Origin: Chrysemys picta bellii
Taxonomy: Eukaryota
Length of the DNA: 64,000 nt
Direction: 5' to 3'
Assembly: GCF_011386835.1 (NCBI RefSeq)
Contig: NC_088810.1
Location: 23,002,001 to 23,066,000 of the forward strand
Positions 49,612 through 61,833 of this stretch are shown here, one piece after another. Below the pieces are notes generated by a model. That model was not told where the DNA came from and did no database searches. It worked only from the letters and a program-made list of their open reading frames with translations. The translations under genes and the position numbers were made by a program. How positions within the stretch are numbered: the stretch's first letter is position 1; every line of letters begins with the position of its first letter.

Positions 49612-50534
49612 TCTGTGGTTTTTGAAGGGTCGCACATATATTCGGTATTTGAGGTGGGGTGATGGGAGGGATATATATCTCCCAGCTCTCTGGAACTGAG
49701 ATGTAGATGGCACAGAAAGACTCTCCGTTGAGAATACCCCTGCTTCCTGGTCTCCCTCCCCTTTAGCTCCCAATCCTTCCATTTACAGCTTCAGACACTA
49801 ACAAAATGTCTGCCTAGCTCTTTCCTAACAATTTATCCTTACGCTTCTTTATGAGTTTAGTAATTCTCACAACACCCATCTGAAACAGGTCATTATTATC
49901 TTATTATCTAAGAAAGTGAACACTGATGCTTTCAGCCTAATTCATTTGCCCAAGGCCACTCCAGTGGAAAGCCTGGGACTGGAACTCAGGAACACCTAAT
50001 TACTAATAGTCTTGTTAGTTATAATTTGACCTCTAATATCTCCAGGATAGCAGCCATGCTCTCAGGGCCCCATTGTCCTGCTCAGTATATAAACTCAGAG
50101 TGTATGCTGCATTATGAACACATTATGACAAACAATAACAAGGGGATTATTTTAACTTACTTCTAATAGCGGATAGGAATCTGAGGGTGAAATATGATTC
50201 TGAAATATTGTAGAAAAGTGGAATTTTCTTTTATTTATATCAGCTTGGATCACAAGCCTTCAGGGACTTGCACAAGTGCTTAACTTGAATTGTGTGAACA
50301 GCCTCATTGAGTTCAAACCATCAACTCAAACACTTGAAACAAAGAATGTGAATATGTATCGCAGGAAGGGAGATGTAGAGATTTTTGTGGGGCATAAAAC
50401 AAGCCAAGTTTTTAGAGTGTATTAATGAGGTGTCGGAGGAAATTCATTATTCAACTAAAAACCTTTTCCAATTTTTTATAAGAATAGCACTCATACTTCC
50501 TTAAAGGTTATAATACGTTAGGGAAAAGACATTA

Positions 50535-51930
50535 CCTTATTAATGGAGAGTAATTGTTTTAGAAACTCAAGTGTATCTTGTTAATAGTAAGGCTTTTGAT
50601 TCAGTCCAACATGGGATTCTCTTAAACAAATTAGGGAAACATTTCCCTCGACAACATGTTCGAGATGTAATTTCTAAAAAGTGGGTGCATAACTGGTTGA
50701 AAGTCCAGACTCAAAGATTAATTATCAATGGTTTCCTTTGTATGTGGGAGACATATTTAGTGGGGACCCAAAAGAGGCTGTCCTGAGTCCAGTATTATGC
50801 GATATATTCTTTAATGACTTTAGTAATGGTGTGGAGAGTTCACTTATACAATTTGTGAATGACATCAAGCTGAACGGGGTTGCAAGCATTTTGGAGGGCA
50901 GGATTTGAATTCAAAATGACCTTGACAAATCTGAGAATTGGTCTGAAATCAACAAGATGAAATCCAATAAAGAAAAGTGCAAAGTCTTATCATTACGATA
51001 GAAACTGTCCTGCTCTAATTGGCACCAGTTAGGCCTCAGATGGAGCATTGTGTCCAGTTCTAAATGACGCACTTAGGTAGGAAAGATGTGGACTAATTGC
51101 AGAGAGACCAGAGGAGAGCTACGAAAATGATAAAAGGTTTAGAAAATTGGAGCTATGAGAAAAAGTTAAAGAAATCTTGGGAAATTTAGTCCTGAGAAAC
51201 CAAAAACTGAGGGAGTGGGGATCTAATAACAGTCTTCATGTGTGTTCCGGAGTGTTATAGAGAAGATGGTGGTCAATTTTTCTCCATATCCACTAAAGAT
51301 AGGACAAGGAAAATCTGGAAAAGAAAAGATTGAGAGGGGACATGATAACAGTTTTCAGGTAAGTAAAAGGTTAAAAGAAAGAGGGAGAAAAATTGTTCTT
51401 CTTAACCACTGAGGATAGGACAAGAAGCAACGGGCTTAAATTGCAGCAAGGGAGGTTTAGGTTGGACATAGGAAAAACTTCCTTACTGTCAGGGTGGTTA
51501 AGCACTGGACTAAATTGACCAGGGAGGTTGTGGAATCTTCATCATTGGAGATTTTTAAGAGCTGATTAGACAGACCCCTGTCAGAGATGGTCTAGATAAT
51601 ACTTAGTCCTGCCATGAGTGCAGGGGACTGGAGTAGATGACCTCTCGAGGTCCCATCCAGTCGTATGATTCTATGATAATCTGCAACAAGGGAGATTTAT
51701 GTTATATATCATCATAAACTTTTTAACTATCATGACAGTTAAGCTCTGATTTTAGGCTTCCAAGGGAGATTGCAGAATCCTCACCACTGGAGGTTTTGAA
51801 GAACAGGTTAAATAAACACCTGTTAGGGATGGTCTAGGTGTACTTGGTCCCACCTTAGTGCAGAGGGATGGACTATATGACCTCTTGAGGTCTCTTCCTG
51901 CCTTATATTTCAAACAATTCTATGACTCTA
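50535..51930 (+). mobile_element. Old CR1 RT fragment plus nested CR1 3' ends
   Basis: KAFDSVQHGILLNKLGK (RT KAFD motif) and AGAATTGGTCTGAAATCAACAAGATGAAA; about 750 bp longer than the two left-hand paralogs. Confidence 0.8.
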
Positions 51931-51972
51931 TAGAATATTTAGAAGAGGGAAATATAATCTTTTTGAGAGTCA

Positions 51973-51997
51973 TTTATTTATTCCCATTCTATTTATT
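51973..51997 (-). terminator. Triple poly(A) signal (B4, possibly serving B5 too)
   Basis: TTTATTTATT plus a short tandem duplication of ATTTATTCCCATTCT that adds a third hexamer. Confidence 0.6.
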
Positions 51998-52696
51998 CCC
52001 ATTCTGTAACAAGGGAGTAATTCCCTACTGTGCAGAGAACCTACACAGTGTTATTGACCAATTCATGTACTGATTCTCTTCTTTCTTATGGGCATGAGTG
52101 GGATTGACACAGTGCATAGAGCTTGTGTGGACTATCTGCACAGGGGAGAATTTCATCCAGAGTACTTTGGAAAGAAAGAATGGAGGGGAAAGGAAAACCA
52201 GAAGGCCGATAATATGATGCAGCATCATTTTTAATGGGAACGAACATCAGAGTTTGCACTTACAGAATGAATTAATGCAGAGTACAGAAATGGTATTTTC
52301 AGGGTTACAAAGAAAGCTACAACCCATCACCAGCTGCAGAGTGATGCATGTCACACAATCTGTTCTGCCATCTTGCAGCCAGCTACCCAGTGTGAAAATC
52401 ATCTCACATTTTCCACGAGATTAAGCCACTTGTGGTAGACTGTTCAGCATCAAAAAGGACAAAGCATAATATGAGCGTAAGACTAAACTGCAAAACCACT
52501 ACACCATAAAGAAAAGGTAACATATAACAAGAAGAAGCCATACAGAGCCCTGGATTATATAGGCAATGAACACCCACAGCCCCCACTGATTTCGAGTGGA
52601 GCTGTAGGCTCTGATTTTTCATAAGTTGAATGGTGAATCTCTCTCTTCTCTTCCATGTCCTGGTTGTTTCTTCTTCCGTGGTTCTTTCTTCTGGGT

Positions 52697-53239
52697 TTAA
52701 CATGGGCCACAGCTTCCACGGCGGGAAGAATAGCACCTCCCACCATATCTCCTCCCATACCCGCATAAGCCACCATAGCCACCCCCATATCCTCCACCAT
52801 AACCACATAAGCCCCCATAACCATATGAGCCTCCATAACCGCTTAAGCCCCCATAACCATATGAGCCTCCATAACCGCTTAAGCCCCCATAACCATATGA
52901 GCCTCCATAACTGCTTAAGCCCCCATAACCATAACCACCCTCTAAAGCACCCCCATATCCACTACCATAACCTATTGGGCCACCCAAAGCACCACCCCCA
53001 AATGAGCCCCCAGCTCGGTAGGGTAGAGCTGGTAAGGTGCTTCCCACTAGGCTGTGTTGAGGGGAAGAAGAGAGAATTGGTCCTGGGAATAGCACGGAAA
53101 CCGGTGGTGGATAGACCACTGCTGTTGAATCTGCACACGAGGTGATACAAGGCTCATTGCGGGCAACAACACATGGATCTGGGCATATGTCAGGATAACA
53201 CGGGCTGGGTCGGCAAGACAGGTCTTTGCAGGAAGACAT
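52697..53239 (-). CDS. Corneous beta-protein type B, 180 aa (gene B4): intact ORF and splice acceptor, but no exon 1 or promoter of its own
   Basis: Same protein as B6. Exon 2 starts at 53259, but the intron is cut at about 53435 by the 3' UTR of B5. Confidence 0.8.
   Translation of the reverse strand: MSSCKDLSCRPSPCYPDICPDPCVVARNEPCITSCADSTAVVYPPPVSVLFPGPILSSSPQHSLVGSTLPALPYRAGGSFGGGALGGPIGYGSGYGGALEGGYGYGGLSSYGGSYGYGGLSGYGGSYGYGGLSGYGGSYGYGGLCGYGGGYGGGYGGLCGYGRRYGGRCYSSRRGSCGPC
52742..52937 (-). repeat. Coding minisatellite of 36-nt (and 42-nt) units in the type B Gly-Tyr tail
   Basis: AAGCCCCCATAACCATATGAGCCTCCATAACCGCTT repeated; unit number differs between paralogs. Boundaries approximate. 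Confidence 0.8.
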
Positions 53240-54011
53240 TTTTTGTGATGGTCGTAAACCTGAAACTCACAGAAGAGAGCAGAGGAAACTTAACACGCTT
53301 TAGGTAGAGCGGCCTTCAATAGTTATATTTCAAATCTGTCCTCCATGGTTTAATGGAAACAGCAGGTCAGATCATCAGCCCAGGCAACCCATTGTAATTC
53401 CAGTGAAATCACCCAAAGCGCTGGCAATGTGTATTATCAATGTGGACTATCTGCACAGGGGGGAATTTCACCCAGAGTACTTTGGAAAGAAAGAATGGAG
53501 GGGAAAGGAAAACCAGAAGGCCAATAATATGATGCAGCATCATTTTTAATGGGAACAAACATCAGAGTTTGCACTTACAGAATGAATTAATGCAGAGTAC
53601 AGAAATGGTATTTTCAGGGTTACAAAGAAAGCTACAACCCATCACCAGCTGCAGAGTGATGCATGTCACACAATCTGTTCTGCCATCTTGCAGCCAGCCA
53701 CGCAGTGTGAAAATCATCTCACATTTTCAACGAGATTAAGCCACTTGTGGTAGACTGTTCAGCATCAGAAAGGACAAAGCATAATATGAGCGTAAGACTA
53801 AACTGCAAAACCACTACACCATAAAGAAAAGGTAACATATAACAAGAAGAAGACATACAGAGCCCTGAATTATATAGGCAATGAACACCCACAGCCCCCA
53901 CTGATTTCGAGTGGAGCTGTAGGCTCTAATTTTTCATAAGTTGAATGATGAATCTCTTTCTTCTCTTCCATGTCCTGGTTGTTTCTTCTTCCGTGGTTCT
54001 TTCTTCTGGGT

Positions 54012-54518
54012 TTAACATGGGCCACAACTTCCACGGCGGGAAGAATAGCACCTCCCACCATATCTCCTCCCATACCCGCATAAGCCACCATAGCCACCCC
54101 CGTATCCAGCACCATAACCACATAAGCCACCATAGCCATATGAGCCTCCATAACCGCTTAAGCCCCCATAACCATATGAGCCTCCATAACTGCTTAAGCC
54201 CCCATAACCATAACCACCCTCTAAAGCACCCCCATATCCACTACCATAACCAATTGGGCCACCCAAAGCACCACCCCCAAATGAGCCCCCAGCTCGGTAG
54301 GGTAGAGCTGGTAAGGTGCTTCCCACTAGGCTGTGTTGAGGGGAAGTAGAGAGAATTGGTCCTGGGAATAGCACGGAAACCGGTGGTGGATAGACCACTG
54401 CTGTTGAATCTGCACACGAGGTGATACAAGGCTCATTGCGGGCAACAACACATGGATCTGGGCATATGTCAGGATAACACGGGCTGGGTCGGCAAGACAG
54501 GTCTTTGCAGGAAGACAT
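54012..54518 (-). CDS. Corneous beta-protein type B, 168 aa (gene B5); 3' UTR truncated
   Basis: Same protein as B3 (offset 7967); intron 54539-55042; 3' UTR ends at the 53442 junction, before the AATAAATAAA position. Confidence 0.9.
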   Translation of the reverse strand: MSSCKDLSCRPSPCYPDICPDPCVVARNEPCITSCADSTAVVYPPPVSVLFPGPILSTSPQHSLVGSTLPALPYRAGGSFGGGALGGPIGYGSGYGGALEGGYGYGGLSSYGGSYGYGGLSGYGGSYGYGGLCGYGAGYGGGYGGLCGYGRRYGGRCYSSRRGSCGPC

Positions 54519-55103
54519 TTTTTGTGATGGTCGTAAACCTGAAACACACAGAAGAGAGCAGAGGAAACTTAACACGCTTTAGGTAGAGCGGCCTTCAATA
54601 GTTATATTTCAAATCTGTCCTCCATGGTTTAATGGAAACAGCAGGGTCAGATCATCAGCCCAGGCAACCCATTGTAATTCCAGTGAAATCACCCAAAGCG
54701 CTGGCAATGTGTATTTACACATAACATGTCAGAATAATACAGTCTATTATCTAAGGCTGAGATTTTTCATAATTGTCTAACGAATTCCCATGTCCAATCC
54801 CAAATTATAATTATTGGGAACAGGGGTCCCAATCCCATATGTAGATTTGAAAATCCAAACCAGATATTTTTAAAGTCAGCAGGTGCAAACGTCTATGACT
54901 GACTAGCTACAGAAAGTCTCCTATGCAAAGAACGATGCCTCCTGTCCCAACACTTGTAAAATCATAGCGCACAGGACTTAGTTCAAAATTCAAACGATTA
55001 ATAAAGCAGCAATTGGTGGCAGTTGGAGCCAAAGAAACTTACCAAGCTCACCAAGGAGAGGAAGTCAAGAGAAGTGGATAGAACAACCTGGAGTTGCAGG
55101 CAC

Positions 55104-55146
55104 TTTTATACACCTTCTTAGCCAATGGGAAGGATAGTAAACACCC
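55104..55146 (-). promoter_or_regulatory. B5 core promoter (nearest upstream promoter for both B5 and B4)
   Basis: TTTTATA 55104-55110, CCAAT, CACCC; donor at 55042. Confidence 0.85.
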
Positions 55147-56193
55147 TTTATGCCCTCAGACCTTGTCATTAACCCCAAAAACTATTTTCTTGAATGGGCA
55201 ACTCCTCTAATTATTGTAATAGCTTTGATCATAGTTAATGATTACTAGTCAATTCACTGTCCCACATAGGATGACATGCATGCTACTACTTGTGGTTCCC
55301 TTTCATCTTGAATCTTTATGGGCCTGATATCTTCCTGGGATTATCCCACTGACTTTCTTGGTGTCAACACGGGAATCAATCTAGCTCCAGTTCTTTCATT
55401 CTGCTTTGAAGAACTTCAGAGTATGAGGGTGACTCAGAGATGTATCACTTGTACAATCTGCTGTCATGGACAAGATTCCATGTTAGTTCTTTATATCCAA
55501 ACTAGTATCTAATTAGCGCAAGGCAGAGTTTACCCTTGGAACTCCTTGGAGGAACAGAGGCATTAATCTGCATGCTTGGAATACCTACCCATAACTATCC
55601 CCAAACATGTGTTTGCGCCAACATGCTTTTGAAATCCCTAGATGTCTTTCTAACCAGTTCCATGGCCTTCAAATCAGGCCTTCTGGCTTACAATACTCTC
55701 CTGGAGTCACAGCCAATACATGACCTATTAAAAACTTCAGTACCTGCTAAGCTTTCAAAGTAGACCTGAAGCAGGATTGAATAGGTACATATATCTTTGT
55801 GTTCTACCTGTGCCCAAAAATGACATTATGCCTAGTGCGCTTAGACATTCCAGTCTGAAGTGAAGTCCTGTAAAGTGATCAGTGATTTAGAGTCACAACT
55901 CAGGTGATGATCACAATAGAGCACATAAGGTCTACTTAATGCACTCATTCCCCTGAGTTGCAGCGAAAAGTGGCAGTAGGTGAAAGGAAAAAGTGCAATG
56001 TTGTATTAAAGCTTGGAATTAAAGTCTTGGAACTGCATCTCCATCCTGGACCTAAGAGGACAATGATGTTCTTCTGGGACAATGCTGCTAAGAAAGCCCA
56101 GGAAGAATCACATGACAGATGGAAATGAAGCCCACTGTCACAAACACACCGAATAAATTTGTTCTCCCACAGATATCAAAAACACAACAACAA

Positions 56194-56379
56194 ATAGCTC
56201 AGTGGTTTGAGCATTGGCCTGCTAAACCCAAGTTGTGAGTTCAATCCTTGAGGGGGCCACTTGGGGATCTGGGGCAAAATCAGTACTTGGTCCTGCTAGT
56301 GAAGGCAGGGGGCTGGACTCGATGACCTTTCAAGGTTCCTTTTAGTTCTAGGAGATGGGATATCTCCATTTATTTATTT
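56194..56379 (+). mobile_element. tRNA-derived SINE (paralog)
   Basis: Same sequence and site as 48227-48412. Confidence 0.85.
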
Positions 56380-57203
56380 AAAGTCACTTTTGGGACTCAG
56401 GACTCCCAGGCAATTACTTCAGTAAAGGAGTCTAATGTCTTTTAATGTAGATTGACACTCAGCACCTCAAATGACCTTCATTTTTTAAAATGAATTGGCA
56501 TGAGCATGACAAAAGTTACAGAACAAGGCAATCTTGAACTTCTGCCACCCTTTTGGATTTACTCTTGATGGAGCTCTCGAGCCTTGTTCTGGCACCATTT
56601 TTACACCCAGGTTGCAGTACTGTAAAGGAAAACACTAGCTTCAGGGTGGTGGAGAATAAGGCACTTTGGTTTCATTTCAGAACACATTCCGTAAGTATTT
56701 GGGGCCTGACGTTTTTCTCCCTTGGCCGTCCAATGCTGTCCTGCAGCGGGGTGTTGACCTGCTAGGTTAGATTTGTTTTTCCTGGATGGATGCCCGATGC
56801 TTCTAGCTCCTCTCGATCAATTATAGCCAGCTTGGCATTGGGTAATGGTATGAGTATCGCCTCTGGCTCTAAGGAGCCCTCTGATTGGCTGGGAGATAGC
56901 TGCACACGTCTCTACCCCTTTGCTTCAGCCTGAGAAGGAGCAAATAGCGATTTAGTCTTTCTTTTGAATGTAGAAATGTTGGAATGTGTGGAAACCCAAA
57001 CACAATCTGACTTGACCTGAAAATTTGGCTCGAAGCAGCCATGTGCTGGTGGGCAACATTTAGGGCAAGCTATTGTTTTTATCCTCAGCAGACTGAATGG
57101 GCACATATCTGCTGAATCTATACGGTTCTGATGTTGATATCACTATCTGGTTTTCTTTGTGTTGCGTATGTGCCAATATAATGCATCATAATTTTGTAAC
57201 ATA

Positions 57204-57578
57204 CAGTAGAACCTCAGGGTTATGGACACTGGAGTTACCAACTGACCGGTCAACCACACACCTCATTTGGAACCAGAAGTATGCAATCAGGCAGCAGCAG
57301 AGGCAACAACAACAAGAAAAAGCAAATACAGCACCGTGTGAAACATAACTACTGAAAAAGTTAAGGGAAAGTTTAACAAAAAATTGACAACTGTTCTGTG
57401 CTTGTTACATTTAAATGAAGATGGTTAAAAGCAGCATTTTTCTTCTGTAGACCAAAGTTTCAAAGCAGTATTAAGTCAACCTTCAGTGGTAAACTTTTAA
57501 AAGAACCGCCCACATGTTTTGTTCAGCATTACGAACAACCTCCATGCATAAGGTGGTTACAATTCTGATGTTCTACTG
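57204..57578. mobile_element. Tigger-like MITE (paralogous copy)
   Basis: Same termini and site. Confidence 0.7.
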
Positions 57579-58501
57579 TCTGTGGTTTTTGAAGGGTCGC
57601 ACATATATTCGGTATTTGAGGTGGGGTGATGGGAGGGATATATATCTCCCAGCTCTCTGGAACTGAGATGTAGATGGCACAGAAAGACTCTCCGTTGAGA
57701 ATACCCCTGCTTTCTGGTCTCCCTCCCCTTTAGCTCCCAATCCTTCCATTTACAGCTTCAGACACTAACAAAACGTCTGCCTAGCTCTTTCCTAACAAAT
57801 TATCCTTACGCTTCTTTATGAGTTTAGTAATTCTCACAACACCCATCTGAAACAGGTCATTATTATCTTATTATCTAAGAAAGTGATCATTGATGCTTTC
57901 AGCCTAATTCATTTGCCCAAGGCCACTCCAGTGGAAAGCCTGGGACTGGAACTCAGGAACACCTAATTACTAATAGTCTTGTTAGTTATAATTTGACCTC
58001 TAATATCTCCAGGATAGCAGCCATGCTCTCAGGGCCCCATTGTCCTGCTCAGTATATAAACTCAGAGTGTATGCTGCATTATGAACACATTATGACAAAC
58101 AATAACAAGGGGATTATTTTAACTTACTTCTAATAGCGGATAGGAATCTGAGGGTGAAATATGATTCTGAAATATTGTAGAAAAGTGGAATTTTCTTTTA
58201 TTTATATCAGCTTGGATCACAAGCCTTCAGGGACTTGCACAAGTGCTTAACTTGAATTGTGTGAACAGCCTCATTGAGTTCAAACCATCAACTCAAACAC
58301 TTGAAACAAAGAATGTGAATATGTATCGCAGGAAGGGAGATGTAGAGATTTTTGTGGGGCATAAAACAAGCCAAGTTTTTAGAGTGTATTAATGAGGTGT
58401 CGGAGGAAATTCATTATTCAACTAAAAACCTTTTCCAATTTTTTATAAGAATAGCACTCATACTTCCTTAAAGGTTATAATACGTTAGGGAAAAGACATT
58501 A

Positions 58502-59897
58502 CCTTATTAATGGAGAGTAATTGTTTTAGAAACTCAAGTGTATCTTGTTAATAGTAAGGCTTTTGATTCAGTCCAACATGGGATTCTCTTAAACAAATTA
58601 GGGAAACATTTCCCTCGACAACATGTTCGAGATGTAATTTCTAAAAAGTGGGTGCATAACTGGTTGAAAGTCCAGACTCAAAGATTAATTATCAATGGTT
58701 TCCTTTGTATGTGGGAGACATATTTAGTGGGGACCCAAAAGAGGCTGTCCTGAGTCCAGTATTATGCGATATATTCTTTAATGACTTTAGTAATGGTGTG
58801 GAGAGTTCACTTATACAATTTGTGAATGACATCAAGCTGAACGGGGTTGCAAGCATTTTGGAGGGCAGGATTTGAATTCAAAATGACCTTGACAAATCTG
58901 AGAATTGGTCTGAAATCAACAAGATGAAATCCAATAAAGAAAAGTGCAAAGTCTTATCATTACGATAGAAACTGTCCTGCTCTAATTGGCACCAGTTAGG
59001 CCTCAGATGGAGCATTGTGTCCAGTTCTAAATGACGCACTTAGGTAGGAAAGATGTGGACTAATTGCAGAGAGACCAGAGGAGAGCTACGAAAATGATAA
59101 AAGGTTTAGAAAATTGGAGCTATGAGAAAAAGTTAAAGAAATCTTGGGAAATTTAGTCCTGAGAAACCAAAAACTGAGGGAGTGGGGATCTAATAACAGT
59201 CTTCATGTGTGTTCCGGAGTGTTATAGAGAAGATGGTGGTCAATTTTTCTCCATATCCACTAAAGATAGGACAAGGAAAATCTGGAAAAGAAAAGATTGA
59301 GAGGGGACATGATAACAGTTTTCAGGTAAGTAAAAGGTTAAAAGAAAGAGGGAGAAAAATTGTTCTTCTTAACCACTGAGGATAGGACAAGAAGCAACGG
59401 GCTTAAATTGCAGCAAGGGAGGTTTAGGTTGGACATAGGAAAAACTTCCTTACTGTCAGGGTGGTTAAGCACTGGACTAAATTGACCAGGGAGGTTGTGG
59501 AATCTTCATCATTGGAGATTTTTAAGAGCTGATTAGACAGACCCCTGTCAGAGATGGTCTAGATAATACTTAGTCCTGCCATGAGTGCAGGGGACTGGAG
59601 TAGATGACCTCTCGAGGTCCCATCCAGTCGTATGATTCTATGATAATCTGCAACAAGGGAGATTTATGTTATATATCATCATAAACTTTTTAACTATCAT
59701 GACAGTTAAGCTCTGATTTTAGGCTTCCAAGGGAGATTGCAGAATCCTCACCACTGGAGGTTTTGAAGAACAGGTTAAATAAACACCTGTTAGGGATGGT
59801 CTAGGTGTACTTGGTCCCACCTTAGTGCAGAGGGATGGACTATATGACCTCTTGAGGTCTCTTCCTGCCTTATATTTCAAACAATTCTATGACTCTA
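58502..59897 (+). mobile_element. Old CR1 RT fragment plus nested CR1 3' ends (duplicate)
   Basis: Copy of 50535-51930 at offset 7967. Confidence 0.8.
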
Positions 59898-59939
59898 TAG
59901 AATATTTAGAAGAGGGAAATATAATCTTTTTGAGAGTCA

Positions 59940-59964
59940 TTTATTTATTCCCATTCTATTTATT
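59940..59964 (-). terminator. Triple poly(A) signal (B6)
   Basis: Copy of 51973-51997 at offset 7967. Confidence 0.6.
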
Positions 59965-60663
59965 CCCATTCTGTAACAAGGGAGTAATTCCCTACTGTGC
60001 AGAGAACCTACACAGTGTTATTGACCAATTCATGTACTGATTCTCTTCTTTCTTATGGGCATGAGTGGGATTGACACAGTGCATAGAGCTTGTGTGGACT
60101 ATCTGCACAGGGGAGAATTTCATCCAGAGTACTTTGGAAAGAAAGAATGGAGGGGAAAGGAAAACCAGAAGGCCGATAATATGATGCAGCATCATTTTTA
60201 ATGGGAACGAACATCAGAGTTTGCACTTACAGAATGAATTAATGCAGAGTACAGAAATGGTATTTTCAGGGTTACAAAGAAAGCTACAACCCATCACCAG
60301 CTGCAGAGTGATGCATGTCACACAATCTGTTCTGCCATCTTGCAGCCAGCTACCCAGTGTGAAAATCATCTCACATTTTCCACGAGATTAAGCCACTTGT
60401 GGTAGACTGTTCAGCATCAAAAAGGACAAAGCATAATATGAGCGTAAGACTAAACTGCAAAACCACTACACCATAAAGAAAAGGTAACATATAACAAGAA
60501 GAAGCCATACAGAGCCCTGGATTATATAGGCAATGAACACCCACAGCCCCCACTGATTTCGAGTGGAGCTGTAGGCTCTGATTTTTCATAAGTTGAATGG
60601 TGAATCTCTCTCTTCTCTTCCATGTCCTGGTTGTTTCTTCTTCCGTGGTTCTTTCTTCTGGGT

Positions 60664-61206
60664 TTAACATGGGCCACAGCTTCCACGGCGGGAAGAATAG
60701 CACCTCCCACCATATCTCCTCCCATACCCGCATAAGCCACCATAGCCACCCCCATATCCTCCACCATAACCACATAAGCCCCCATAACCATATGAGCCTC
60801 CATAACCGCTTAAGCCCCCATAACCATATGAGCCTCCATAACCGCTTAAGCCCCCATAACCATATGAGCCTCCATAACTGCTTAAGCCCCCATAACCATA
60901 ACCACCCTCTAAAGCACCCCCATATCCACTACCATAACCTATTGGGCCACCCAAAGCACCACCCCCAAATGAGCCCCCAGCTCGGTAGGGTAGAGCTGGT
61001 AAGGTGCTTCCCACTAGGCTGTGTTGAGGGGAAGAAGAGAGAATTGGTCCTGGGAATAGCACGGAAACCGGTGGTGGATAGACCACTGCTGTTGAATCTG
61101 CACACGAGGTGATACAAGGCTCATTGCGGGCAACAACACATGGATCTGGGCATATGTCAGGATAACACGGGCTGGGTCGGCAAGACAGGTCTTTGCAGGA
61201 AGACAT
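60664..61206 (-). CDS. Corneous beta-protein type B, 180 aa (gene B6)
   Basis: Core box, three 12-aa tail units; intron 61227-61729. Confidence 0.95.
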   Translation of the reverse strand: MSSCKDLSCRPSPCYPDICPDPCVVARNEPCITSCADSTAVVYPPPVSVLFPGPILSSSPQHSLVGSTLPALPYRAGGSFGGGALGGPIGYGSGYGGALEGGYGYGGLSSYGGSYGYGGLSGYGGSYGYGGLSGYGGSYGYGGLCGYGGGYGGGYGGLCGYGRRYGGRCYSSRRGSCGPC

Positions 61207-61790
61207 TTTTTGTGATGGTCGTAAACCTGAAACTCACAGAAGAGAGCAGAGGAAACTTAACACGCTTTAGGTAGAGCGGCCTTCAATAGTTATATTTCAA
61301 ATCTGTCCTCCATGGTTTAATGGAAACAGCAGGTCAGATCATCAGCCCAGGCAACCCATCGTAATTCCAGTGAAATCACCCAAAGCGCTGGCAATGTGTA
61401 GTTACACATAACGTGTCAGAATAATACAGTCTATTATCTAAGGCTGAGATTTTTCATAATTGTCTAACGAATTCCCATGTCCAATCCCAAATTTTAATTA
61501 TTGGGAACAGGGGTCCCAATCCCATATGTAGATTTGAAAATCCCAACCAGATATTTTTAAGGTCAGCATGTGCAAACATCTACGACTGACTAGCTACAGA
61601 AAGTCTCCTATGCAAAGAAAGACACCTCCTGTCCCAACACTTGTAAAATCATAGCGCACCGGACTTAGTTCAAAATTCAAACGATTAATAAAGCAGCAAT
61701 TGGTGGCAGTTGGAGCCAAAGAAACTTACCAAGCTCACCAAGGAGAGGAAGTCAAGAGAAGTGGATAGAACAACCTGGAGTTGCAGGCAC

Positions 61791-61833
61791 TTTTATACAC
61801 CTTCTTAGCCAATGGGAAGGATAGTAAACACCC
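61791..61833 (-). promoter_or_regulatory. B6 core promoter
   Basis: TTTTATA 61791-61797, CCAAT, CACCC; donor at 61729. Confidence 0.85.

Larger units (their letters stand above)
45475..61400. repeat. Near-identical 7967-bp direct tandem duplication (45475-53435 and 53442-61400)
   Basis: Paired ORFs and landmarks checked are offset by exactly 7967; about a dozen substitutions seen by eye, no net indel; junction filler ATCAAT at 53436-53441. Confidence 0.92.

Noticed and set aside
52630-53145. His/Asn/Pro-rich plus-strand ORFs overlapping each type B gene (also 34550, 40226, 45978, 53945, 60597)
   Set aside because: Antisense shadow of Gly-Tyr codon repeats (GGT TAT GGG reads as CAT/AAC/CCC); no promoter or splice support of their own.
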